Of a stretch of 64,000 nucleotides of DNA, positions 18,034-27,276 are shown in pieces; position 1 is the stretch's first letter, and each line of letters begins with the position of its first letter. The DNA comes from a candidate division FCPU426 bacterium (GTDB lineage Bacteria; Oederibacteriota; Muellerivitia; Muellerivitales; Muellerivitaceae). A program made the position numbers and the translations under genes. The notes below the pieces were generated by a model. That model did no database searches and was not told where the DNA came from. It worked only from the letters and a program-made list of their open reading frames with translations. The DNA lies in assembly GCA_963771075.1 (NCBI GenBank), contig CAVYSE010000020.1:64001-128000 (forward strand), written 5' to 3'.

Positions 18034-20685
18034 ATGGAAAACCAACCCGAAAACCAATTGCCAAGCGCCTATAACCCCAAAGAAGTGGAAGACCGCTGGT
18101 ATCAGGTATGGGAAAAATCCGGGGACTTTACCGCTGATGCTTCCTCCCTCAAGCCGCACTTCACCATGGTCATTCCCCCGCCGAACGTGACGGGAAGCCT
18201 GCACATGGGCCATGCCCTCAACAATAGCCTTCAAGACCTGGTGGCCCGGTACCGCCGAATGAACGGGTTCGATGTTCTTTGGCTTCCGGGCTGCGACCAC
18301 GCCGGGATCGCCACCCAAAACGTGGTTGAGAAGGAACTGAAAAAAGAGGGCAAGAACCGCAATGACCTGGGCCGGGAAGCCTTTGTGGAACGAACCTGGA
18401 AATGGAAAGAGCAATATGGCGCCACCATTATGCGTCAATTGCGCAAACTGGGTTCTTCCTGCGATTGGAGCCGAGAACGCTTCACGATGGATGAAGGTCT
18501 GTCCAAGGCGGTGCGCCAGGTTTTTGTGACACTCTACAATGAGAAATTGATCCAACAGGATTACTACCTCATCAACTGGTGCCCCCGTTGCCAAACCGCC
18601 CTTTCGGACATCGAGGTGGAACACAAGACACTGGAAGGCGCCTTTTTCCACCTGCGTTACCCCTTCGCGGATGATCCCTCAAATGGACTGGAAGTGGCCA
18701 CAACTAGGCCGGAGACGCTTCTAGGGGACACGGCTGTGGCCGTGCACCCTGAGGATGATCGGTATACGAAACTGGGGGGGAAAAGCGTGATCTTGCCGCT
18801 TTTAAACCGCCCCATCCCCATTGTGGTCGATACCTATGTGGACCGCGCCTTTGGGACGGGCGTTGTGAAGATCACCCCGGCCCACGACTTCAATGATTTC
18901 CAGGTGGGGAACCGCCACAAGCTGGAGCGAATTAACATTCTCAACCCCGACGGGACCCTAAACGAGAACGCGGGGCCTTATAAGGGCATGGACCGTTTCG
19001 AAGCCCGCAAGAAAATCGTGGCCGACCTGGAAGCCCAGGGACTTTTGCTAAAAGTGGAACCCCATGAGCATAACGTGGGCCATTGCTACCGTTGCCAGAC
19101 GGTAGTGGAGCCTTATTTCTCCAAACAATGGTTCATGCGGATGAAGCCCTTGGCGGAGGTAGCTCTTAAGGCGGTAGAAGAAGGGAAAACGAAATTCGTA
19201 CCCGAGATGTGGCGAACGGAATATGAACGTTGGTTGGGCGGCATCCAGGATTGGTGCATCAGCCGGCAGATATGGTGGGGGCACCGCATTCCTGTTTACA
19301 CCTGCGAGAATTGTAATCACCAATTCGCATCGGTTGAGACTCCGACGGCCTGTCCTCAATGTTCCCAAACGAAGTTGGCGCAGGATCCGGATGTTTTGGA
19401 TACCTGGTTTTCCTCCGGCCTTTGGCCCTTTTCCACCCTGGGTTGGCCTGAAAATGCCAAGGACCTGGCCACTTTCTATCCGACCAACCTTTTAGTTACG
19501 AGCTGGGACATCCTTACGTTTTGGGTATCCCGGATGATGATGTTGGGATTGAAATTCATGGGCCAGGTCCCTTTTAAAGAAGTCTACATCCACTCCCTCG
19601 TGGCCGATGAGGAGGGAAAGAAGATGAGCAAATCCAAGGGCAATGTGGTGGATCCCCTGCTCATGATCGAAAAATACGGCACCGACGCCCTGCGATTCAC
19701 CATGATGAGCATTGAGACCCGCCAGCGATATGTGGCATTGACTCCGCAGAGGCTTGAATCTTCCCGCAATTTCGTGAACAAGCTCTACAACGCCACGCGG
19801 TTTGTGTTGATGACTCTGCCCAAGGACCAGCCCGCGCCGACCATAGATTTGAAGAACCTGGCGTTGGAAGACAGATGGATTCTCTCCCGCCTTTCCCAAA
19901 CCATCGCCGAAGTTACCATGGATTACGAGAAATACCGGGTGGCGGAGTTGGCCCAGATCCTTTACCGCTTTTTATGGAACGAAGTCTGCGATTGGTACTT
20001 AGAGGCGGTTAAACACCGTCTATATAACGAGGCGGACCCGGCTGAAAGGGACCGGGCCCAGGGCGTGCTGGTGTCCGTTCTGGACGCTGTGCTGAGGCTT
20101 TTGCATCCGGCCATGCCCTTTGTAACGGAAGAACTTTGGTCCCGCCTTCCAGGCAAAACCCAATCCATCATGAAGGCTCCCTGGCCGAAACCGGGGGACT
20201 ATCCGGTCGATGAGAACGCCATATTGCGATTTGAGTTTTTGAAGGAAGTGGTGACGGCGGTGAGAACCAGCCGAAGCGAGCTGAATATTCCCCCGGCAGG
20301 CCACTTGAAAATTTTCATGAAGGGAGACAAGCTTCAATTCGCCCCCCATTCGCCCGAAACCGCCCTGTTAAAGGCTTTGGCCCGGGTTTCAGAAACCGTT
20401 CCGGCGGCCGAACGCCCGCCTAAAACCGCCCTGGCGGTGGTGAAGGGCGGGGAAATTTACCTGCACCTGGAGGGTCTGATCGACCTGAAGGCGGAGGCGG
20501 CCAAACAGCAGAAGGAACGGGTGAAACTTCAAAACTATGTGAAGTCTATCGAGGGAAAACTCTCCAATGACCAGTTTGTTCGAAACGCCCCCACCCAGTT
20601 GGTCGAGGGCGAAAAGGCCAAACTAATGGAAACCCAGGAAAAAATCGCCCGCATCGAGGGCAACCTGAATTTCCTCGAGAATTGA
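18034..20685 (+). CDS. valS: Valine--tRNA ligase
   Basis: PPPNVTGSLHMGH, DWCISRQIWWGH, KMSKS, C-terminal coiled-coil arm. Confidence 0.98.
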   Translation: MENQPENQLPSAYNPKEVEDRWYQVWEKSGDFTADASSLKPHFTMVIPPPNVTGSLHMGHALNNSLQDLVARYRRMNGFDVLWLPGCDHAGIATQNVVEKELKKEGKNRNDLGREAFVERTWKWKEQYGATIMRQLRKLGSSCDWSRERFTMDEGLSKAVRQVFVTLYNEKLIQQDYYLINWCPRCQTALSDIEVEHKTLEGAFFHLRYPFADDPSNGLEVATTRPETLLGDTAVAVHPEDDRYTKLGGKSVILPLLNRPIPIVVDTYVDRAFGTGVVKITPAHDFNDFQVGNRHKLERINILNPDGTLNENAGPYKGMDRFEARKKIVADLEAQGLLLKVEPHEHNVGHCYRCQTVVEPYFSKQWFMRMKPLAEVALKAVEEGKTKFVPEMWRTEYERWLGGIQDWCISRQIWWGHRIPVYTCENCNHQFASVETPTACPQCSQTKLAQDPDVLDTWFSSGLWPFSTLGWPENAKDLATFYPTNLLVTSWDILTFWVSRMMMLGLKFMGQVPFKEVYIHSLVADEEGKKMSKSKGNVVDPLLMIEKYGTDALRFTMMSIETRQRYVALTPQRLESSRNFVNKLYNATRFVLMTLPKDQPAPTIDLKNLALEDRWILSRLSQTIAEVTMDYEKYRVAELAQILYRFLWNEVCDWYLEAVKHRLYNEADPAERDRAQGVLVSVLDAVLRLLHPAMPFVTEELWSRLPGKTQSIMKAPWPKPGDYPVDENAILRFEFLKEVVTAVRTSRSELNIPPAGHLKIFMKGDKLQFAPHSPETALLKALARVSETVPAAERPPKTALAVVKGGEIYLHLEGLIDLKAEAAKQQKERVKLQNYVKSIEGKLSNDQFVRNAPTQLVEGEKAKLMETQEKIARIEGNLNFLEN

Positions 20686-20692
20686 GCCCGCG

Positions 20693-21544
20693 TTGAAACC
20701 CAACATCACCTGGAATCAAGTTCGTCCGCTCCTTCGCCAGGCTCTGGAGGAAGACGGAGCCTTTGCCGACCGAACCACTTTTTCCACCGTACCAGCAAAT
20801 GTGAAGTCCCGGGGGAAAATTCTTGCCAAGCAGGACGGCGTCCTGGCGGGATTGCCCATCGTCGAAGCGATTTTCAAACTAGTTGATAAGAATTGCCGGG
20901 TCGTCTTTCGGGTGAAAGAGGGCGCCAAGGTGCGATCCGGAGCAAGGATATTGACCTTTTCCGGCCCGGCTCGGGCCTTTCTATCGGGTGAACGGACCGC
21001 TCTTAACTTCTTAAGCCGCCTTTCGGGTATCGCCACGCTGACCCGGCAAATGCGAAATTTGATAGGAACCGACAAGCTTTATGATACACGCAAGACGACG
21101 CCCTTGTTGCGGCCCCTGGAGCGCTACGCGGTAAGGGTGGGCGGGGGTCGAAATCACCGGTATAACCTACGGGGCCACGTCTTGGTTAAGGACAACCATA
21201 TCAAGCTTGGCGGCGGGGTTTACCAATGTGTCATGAACGCCCGGAAGAAATACGGGCCGAAGGAATTCATCGAGGCGGAAGTGGAAACTTTTGAAGAAGC
21301 CGCAGATGCCCTTCGGGCGGGCGCGGACCTGTTGCTGGTGGATAATTCTTCGCCGACCCTGGTGAAGAGGGTCCTGAAGCTGGTGAAGGGGAAGGCCCAA
21401 GTGGAAATTTCCGGCGGGCTCACCCGCTCGACCATTACCCGGTTCAAGGGTCTGAAGGTGGACCGTTTTTCCTCGGGCGCACTGACCCATTCGGCTCCTT
21501 CCATTGATTTTTCACTTGAAATGGAAAACTTTGAACAATTCTAA
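20693..21544 (+). CDS. nadC: Nicotinate-nucleotide diphosphorylase (QPRTase)
   Basis: GERTALN, DTRKTTP, GGGRNHR, LVKDNH, E-SGG motifs. Confidence 0.95.
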   Translation: MKPNITWNQVRPLLRQALEEDGAFADRTTFSTVPANVKSRGKILAKQDGVLAGLPIVEAIFKLVDKNCRVVFRVKEGAKVRSGARILTFSGPARAFLSGERTALNFLSRLSGIATLTRQMRNLIGTDKLYDTRKTTPLLRPLERYAVRVGGGRNHRYNLRGHVLVKDNHIKLGGGVYQCVMNARKKYGPKEFIEAEVETFEEAADALRAGADLLLVDNSSPTLVKRVLKLVKGKAQVEISGGLTRSTITRFKGLKVDRFSSGALTHSAPSIDFSLEMENFEQF

Positions 21545-22388
21545 AAACTACCCAAAGGCCCTGACGCCTGAAACCTTGCGCAAAGGACTCTCCACCCGTT
21601 TTTTCGGCAAACCTTTCTATTGTTTTAATGAGCTGACTTCAACCAATGATCTGGCCTCCGAGTTGGCCCGGGGCGGAGCTTCCGAGGGAACGACGATCCT
21701 GGCGGAAATCCAAACCAAGGGGAGAGGCCGGCATGGGCGCAAATGGGTATCCCAACCCGGCAAATCCCTGACCTTTTCGATCGTCTTGAGACCCACCCTT
21801 TCCCAGGATCGTTTCGGTGAATTGACCCTAACTGCCGCCGTGGGAGTGGCGAGGGCACTGGAAAAATTCGGATTCCACCCCGCCATCAAATGGCCCAATG
21901 ATGTACTCCTGTCCGGACGCAAGGTCTGTGGCATTTTGACCGAAACCGGCCCTAAAAAAGATAAAATGACATCGGCGATCTTGGGTATCGGCTTGAATCT
22001 TTCCCAGGTCCTGAAGAATTTCCCTCTTGAATTAAGGGAAACCGCGACTAGTTTGAGAATGCAAACGAAAGGAAAGATTCCGCCCCGGGAAGTGCTTCTG
22101 CAACAAATCATGCATCAGTTGGAGGAGTCTTACGAGTGGGTCAAGGAAGGGAAATTCCACCGGGTGTTAACGGAATGGCGGAAACGGTCAAGCCTTACCG
22201 GTAAACAAGTGCGGGTCGTTTTAAGTGGCCGGTCCATCTATGCCCAGGTGTTGGACGTGGACGAGCGGGGGGCCTTATTGGTGCGCACCGATGTGGGCAC
22301 AGTGGAAAAATTGACGGCAGGGGAAGTGGAGACCTTACGGTTGAAACCCTCCGGACCCGTCGCGCGAATGAAAAGCAAGGAATCCTAA
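21531..22388 (+). CDS. birA: Biotin--protein ligase (no HTH domain)
   Basis: STND, QTKGRGRHGRKW, KWPND, KVCGILTE, GIGLN. Confidence 0.92.
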   Translation: MNNSKNYPKALTPETLRKGLSTRFFGKPFYCFNELTSTNDLASELARGGASEGTTILAEIQTKGRGRHGRKWVSQPGKSLTFSIVLRPTLSQDRFGELTLTAAVGVARALEKFGFHPAIKWPNDVLLSGRKVCGILTETGPKKDKMTSAILGIGLNLSQVLKNFPLELRETATSLRMQTKGKIPPREVLLQQIMHQLEESYEWVKEGKFHRVLTEWRKRSSLTGKQVRVVLSGRSIYAQVLDVDERGALLVRTDVGTVEKLTAGEVETLRLKPSGPVARMKSKES

Positions 22389-23141
22389 ATGCTTAGCGCC
22401 GTTGACATCGGCAATAGCCGGGTTGTCACAGGATTGGTAAGGGGCCGAAAGGTCCATCATAAGATCATTCTACCGACCCGGGACCTGCTGATCCCGGGCA
22501 AGGCCCATCGTTGGGCCCAGAGCCTCAAAAGGGCTTGGGGATGGCAGGATTCGGTCGTTTCCAGTGTGGTACCCAGTGTCGACGAAAACGTACGGAAAGC
22601 CCTTACTGAAACATTCCGAAAACCGCCTCTCTTTGTGGACGTTCGGAGAGATCCGGGGCTGCCAGTGCATTATAAAAATCCTTCCGAAATCGGGGCTGAC
22701 CGGGTGATCAACGGTCTCGCCGCGAGGAAACTCTATGGGGCTCCCGTCATCGTGGTGGATTATGGCACGGCCACCACTTTCGACATCGTTGACAGCCGGG
22801 GGGGGTACCATGGGGGGGTGATCCTTCCTGGAGTGGGTATATCCCTCCAAGCCTTGCATGAAAAAACGGCCAAACTCCCCTTGGTTCCCTTTGCAAAAGT
22901 CAAAAATCCCATTGGGTTGACCACACAGGAAGGCATTCGTTCCGGGATCTATTTTGGAACCCTTGGCGCGACCCGTGAAATACTGCGGGGTATCCGCAAG
23001 CAATTGCGGCGACAGGCTCCCGCCGTGGCTACCGGTGGATGGTGCGAGGTGTTTCGTGGGACAAGCCTTTTCCGGCGTATCAACCCGGACCTGACGCTGA
23101 TTGGCCTCTCTCTTTATTGGAATGAACGGAACCATGGCTAA
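22389..23141 (+). CDS. coaX: Type III pantothenate kinase
   Basis: VDIGNS, SSVVP, IGADR, VVDYGTATT, GGVILPG, ATGG. Confidence 0.95.
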   Translation: MLSAVDIGNSRVVTGLVRGRKVHHKIILPTRDLLIPGKAHRWAQSLKRAWGWQDSVVSSVVPSVDENVRKALTETFRKPPLFVDVRRDPGLPVHYKNPSEIGADRVINGLAARKLYGAPVIVVDYGTATTFDIVDSRGGYHGGVILPGVGISLQALHEKTAKLPLVPFAKVKNPIGLTTQEGIRSGIYFGTLGATREILRGIRKQLRRQAPAVATGGWCEVFRGTSLFRRINPDLTLIGLSLYWNERNHG

Positions 23142-25491
23142 TATCGAACAACTGGCCGCCGAGGAAGAAGCCATTTTCAACATGCGGCGCAGGGAATGGA
23201 CTAGGCGTTTTTTTATCTTTTTTGGATTTGGCGCCTTTTTCGCGGGCTGGGGCCTTTTCGCCGCGGGACGACAGGGCCCAGGTGCGCTGGTGATTCTCCT
23301 CTCGTTCCTGGTTTTTGGCGGCCTCCTTGGGTTATTCGGCCTATGGGGTAAGACGAACGCCTACACACTCCTGGCGGCGCTGTCGGCGGGGTCTGCGGCA
23401 TTTCTGCTTTATCATTTCAGCCATTGTCCTTTTTTCTTTTGGGGGGCGGACCCGAACTTTTGGCTTTCCGTACACGCGGGAGCGGTCACCGATCCGCCCT
23501 GGACTCCCTTGGCCACCCTATTGGGTCAAGCGGCGTGTTATTTGTTTCCCCGTTACCGCTTCAGCCTTCTTCCCGAGCTTTCCTCCATCATGATGGCATT
23601 GGCGGTCATGATGACGCTGTTACAGTTATTCCAACAGCTTCGCAACCAGAACCTTTTAAACGGGCTGGTGGTGTTTTTGCTGACCCTGGTTTTGGCGGTG
23701 AGCAAACCCTGGTGGGACGCGGCCACATTGGGGTCGGGCTTGATTGTATCCCTTGGACTATCCTTGGCCATCTTACAGAGGGGCCTTTTGCGCATGGAGG
23801 AAAAACCATGGGGAGCGTTGCACATGATACTGGGGTTACTTTTTTCCACCCATCCCCTTTGGGGTATATGGGGGGCCTTTGTCCATATCACCCATTTGGA
23901 GACGGCCAACCCCCGTTTTTCCACCACCATCCCACCCTTGACGGCAGGTTTTTCCCCTTACCTATGGGTCCTGTTCCGCACGGGAAAGTATTTTCCTTCC
24001 TGGGGGGGTAATGATCCATTCGGCCAATCCCTCAGGGACTGGCGCAAGATATGGGATCATCATTTTTTAACTGATTGGAACGGGAGGGAGGCCCTTTCCC
24101 AATTGGGGGGAACGGTTGGAGTTCTTTTCCTAATGATGGTTTTCCTCTGGATTTTACATTTCATCGCTTGGACTTCGGGAAGAAGACTTACAACCAGCCC
24201 CGCCGAAGCTTGGTCCCTCGTTCTGGCCTGCGGTTTGGGAATTTTATTTTTCACCCTTTCAGGTCATCAAACCGCATGCCTTGCCGCCTGGGTACCACTG
24301 GGCCTGGGTTCCATGATCCTGACCTACTCCCAAAAAGGTTTGGAAAAAACAACCTCGAGTCTTTTTTCCGGGGGATTCCTAGCGGCGTTGATGGGCGCAT
24401 TGTTCTTGCTGGCGGGCATGATCGCTTTCGGTCAGGGCCAGAATTGCTGGAGACAAAAAAAAGATTTTCCCCTTCAACACGCTTTTAACCTGCTTCGATC
24501 TCTGGAGCAAAGGACGACATTTTTCCTGGAGGACCCCTTCGAGGCGGCCGCCTGCCGGGAAGCCATGCTCATGGAACCCCTTCGTACGCAAGTGGTTTTG
24601 CTGGATGTGAAAGATTTGGACCAACGTTGGTATGCCTCCCAGTGTTTTCAACAGGTTCCGGAACTTCTTTGGTCCTCCCTTTCCTCCTCTCCCTGGGAGG
24701 AGTTGGTTAGCCTCGTCAAGGCCAACTCGGGGGATTGGAGCCTACAGTGGGGACTTTCCCAGATGCCGGTTTCTTGGAGTGGACCCCCCGCCGAACCAAC
24801 AGTCCTCACCCTGCAATTTAAGGGAAATGGAAGCAAAGGAATACAGCCGGAAGAAGCCCAATACCGTCTGGATCTATCCTCCCTGCCCCATGAAGGCGCG
24901 GTGGAACCCCAGGAGGAACCTTATCTACAAAGATACGTCCAGGGTTTTGAGGCCCTGGGCCGATATCTTTTATCTCAAAACCGGTTTTCATTATCGATCA
25001 AGGCATTGGAACGCGCGGCCAATTTGGACCCAAGCTGGGATGAACCCCGTATCCTCCTGAGCCAAATCTACTCCCAAGACAACGTGTTGGAAGCAGCTCG
25101 GTTGGAAATGGAAAAAACCGTGAAAGATCATCCCGCACGGATTCGGATTCTCATGGCGAAGGTGGAGGAAGCACAGAAAAAGGCGGATGAGCCAAAAACT
25201 GTGGCTTTGTTGGATGAAATGATCCACCTCAACTCTGAGTTGTCCGATGCCGAGTACCATTTGTCCCTCATCTACGATAAATTGGGCTATCCGGAAAAGG
25301 CCAAGAACCTTTTAGAAGCCTCAGTTCAACTGAATCCGCAAAAGGTGGATGCCCAGTTGAGTTACGGGAAATGGATGGCCAAACTCGGCAATAGATTGAA
25401 TGCCGAAGAAGCTTTCCGCTCCGTCCTTGCGGTGGACCCGGTCAACAAGGAAGCACAGGTGGAATTGTGGAAGCTCCTGAACCAGCCATAG
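23134..25491 (+). CDS. Multi-pass membrane protein, degenerate DUF2723/GT-C-like, with C-terminal TPRs
   Basis: Many TM segments; ADPNFWLSVHAGAVTDPPWTPL aligns positionally with the DUF2723 DSGE...HPPGYPL motif; TPR-like C-terminus. Confidence 0.55.
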   Translation: MANIEQLAAEEEAIFNMRRREWTRRFFIFFGFGAFFAGWGLFAAGRQGPGALVILLSFLVFGGLLGLFGLWGKTNAYTLLAALSAGSAAFLLYHFSHCPFFFWGADPNFWLSVHAGAVTDPPWTPLATLLGQAACYLFPRYRFSLLPELSSIMMALAVMMTLLQLFQQLRNQNLLNGLVVFLLTLVLAVSKPWWDAATLGSGLIVSLGLSLAILQRGLLRMEEKPWGALHMILGLLFSTHPLWGIWGAFVHITHLETANPRFSTTIPPLTAGFSPYLWVLFRTGKYFPSWGGNDPFGQSLRDWRKIWDHHFLTDWNGREALSQLGGTVGVLFLMMVFLWILHFIAWTSGRRLTTSPAEAWSLVLACGLGILFFTLSGHQTACLAAWVPLGLGSMILTYSQKGLEKTTSSLFSGGFLAALMGALFLLAGMIAFGQGQNCWRQKKDFPLQHAFNLLRSLEQRTTFFLEDPFEAAACREAMLMEPLRTQVVLLDVKDLDQRWYASQCFQQVPELLWSSLSSSPWEELVSLVKANSGDWSLQWGLSQMPVSWSGPPAEPTVLTLQFKGNGSKGIQPEEAQYRLDLSSLPHEGAVEPQEEPYLQRYVQGFEALGRYLLSQNRFSLSIKALERAANLDPSWDEPRILLSQIYSQDNVLEAARLEMEKTVKDHPARIRILMAKVEEAQKKADEPKTVALLDEMIHLNSELSDAEYHLSLIYDKLGYPEKAKNLLEASVQLNPQKVDAQLSYGKWMAKLGNRLNAEEAFRSVLAVDPVNKEAQVELWKLLNQP

Positions 25492-27203
25492 GGAAACCCC
25501 GCTATTGCGCCCCGAACCGACCGAGGGGTCAGGGTTGGTTGATCTTTGGCGCATTGTTTCTCATTCTATGGTTTTTCGTCTTACGCCTTCAAAACCCTGG
25601 GATCATGACCGATGACAGCGGGGAATTTTCGGCGGCCAGCTGTCAATTGGGCCTTCCCCATCCCCCCGGCTATCCTCTTTTGTGCCTTCTTGACAGGATT
25701 TTCACCCTACTTCCCATCGGCACCCCCGCATTTCGCCTCAACCTGCTTTCCCAGCTTTTTGGCGTTGGCGCTCTTCTCGTTTCCATAAAGCTTTTGCGGA
25801 GGATCTTGCCCCAAACGGAAAGCTCGCCAGGTTTAACGCTTTTTTTAGCTTGGCTAGGCATGGCCTTCTTGGGATGTCGGGATCTTTTGTCCCAAAGCCT
25901 GACTGCAAAGGGCTGTGTCTATACCTTGACCCTTCTGTTTACCGCTTGGTTGCTGATCTTGTACTGGGATCGGATGGCCGTCAAAAGAGGTCTTAGAATG
26001 ATGCTTCCGTTTTTTGTCTGGGCCCTGGGTATGTCGAACCATTGGCAAACCCATCTGGTATGGCTGCCTTTTTTAGGAGTCTGGTTTTATCAAACCCGCG
26101 CCCAATGGGGCATGAAGGAATTGGCGCGGGGTTTCACCATTGCCCTGATCGGGCTCTCCCCTTATCTTTACCTGTCCTTAAGAGGTAACCTCCATCCCCT
26201 GCCTTGCTGGGGAGATCCCAACCACTGGAGGGGTTTTAATTGGATCGTCACCCGCAAATTGGTGTCGGGCTTGGAACCGTTCACCCGCGACTTGGATTTT
26301 TATCTTTCCTATTTGAGTCAACTCAAGCTTATTTACACGACCCATTGGTTGCCGGGTTTTGTTTTGGGTGTCCTGCCCGGCGTTTATTTTCTCGGGAAGA
26401 AGGAAAGGGACTGGCTGAGAGGCCTTTTGGTCTTGGGGATCTCAGTGTTCCTCGCGGTTGGCGTGATCCATGAAGAGAATAACACCTTCCTGGTTCCCCT
26501 CTATTTGCTTTCCCTTTCCTCACTGGTTTGGCTCGTGGCGGGTTACGGATGGTGGGTCCTGTTCGGGAGGATCCAAAAAGGAAGAATCGGGATCATCCTT
26601 TTGCTATTGGCTATTCAATCATTTTGGACCGCTAAGGCGATGGGCCTGGAGGATAAAAGCCGATATGCCTTGGCAGGGGATTTCGCCGATAACGTACTCC
26701 TAGGACTCCCGCAAAATGCCGTTTTGATCGGGGAGGGGGATCATTACGTTATGGGCATCTGGGATGCCATCTACGCCCGAGGTGAAAGGCCCGACGTGAC
26801 CTTTGAGCCGGGGGTATTCCTGGTGCACGATTGGGGTTGGCGCCAGATCGCACAGCAAGATAGGGATTGGTCTGCCATAAGCCAATCGCCCCTTTTCCAG
26901 GAAAGATTGGAAACCTTGACGTCCCAACCCCTCCGGCATCCCCTTTACTATTCCCTGGATAACAACAAAATGAGACTCGCCCTGGTTGCAGTGCGGGGCC
27001 GCTGGGTCAGGGAAGGTTTAGCCATGCGGTGGATTGAAATTCAGAAGGGGAAACGCGTGGAACCTTCTTCCGCGCAAACACGTCGGCTTTATTCCCTTCA
27101 AAGATTCAGGTGGAAAGCGGGCGATGAAAATGCCTGGGACCCCTCGTCTCAGGTCATCCTGGCTTATTACCGAGGGGAAGGAAGCAAAAACCCCAAAGAA
27201 TAA
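25467..27203 (+). CDS. DUF2723 (TMEM260-like) GT-C membrane glycosyltransferase
   Basis: DDSGEFSAASCQLGLPHPPGYPL, AFRLNLLS, SNH, YLYLSLR...WGDP, RPDV. Confidence 0.8.
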   Translation: MEAPEPAIGKPRYCAPNRPRGQGWLIFGALFLILWFFVLRLQNPGIMTDDSGEFSAASCQLGLPHPPGYPLLCLLDRIFTLLPIGTPAFRLNLLSQLFGVGALLVSIKLLRRILPQTESSPGLTLFLAWLGMAFLGCRDLLSQSLTAKGCVYTLTLLFTAWLLILYWDRMAVKRGLRMMLPFFVWALGMSNHWQTHLVWLPFLGVWFYQTRAQWGMKELARGFTIALIGLSPYLYLSLRGNLHPLPCWGDPNHWRGFNWIVTRKLVSGLEPFTRDLDFYLSYLSQLKLIYTTHWLPGFVLGVLPGVYFLGKKERDWLRGLLVLGISVFLAVGVIHEENNTFLVPLYLLSLSSLVWLVAGYGWWVLFGRIQKGRIGIILLLLAIQSFWTAKAMGLEDKSRYALAGDFADNVLLGLPQNAVLIGEGDHYVMGIWDAIYARGERPDVTFEPGVFLVHDWGWRQIAQQDRDWSAISQSPLFQERLETLTSQPLRHPLYYSLDNNKMRLALVAVRGRWVREGLAMRWIEIQKGKRVEPSSAQTRRLYSLQRFRWKAGDENAWDPSSQVILAYYRGEGSKNPKE

Positions 27204-27276
27204 GGGGATTTTCCAAAGCATCTATTGTTATAATAACGATGTTTTTTAGGCCATTTAAACGATTCCGGGAGATGGA

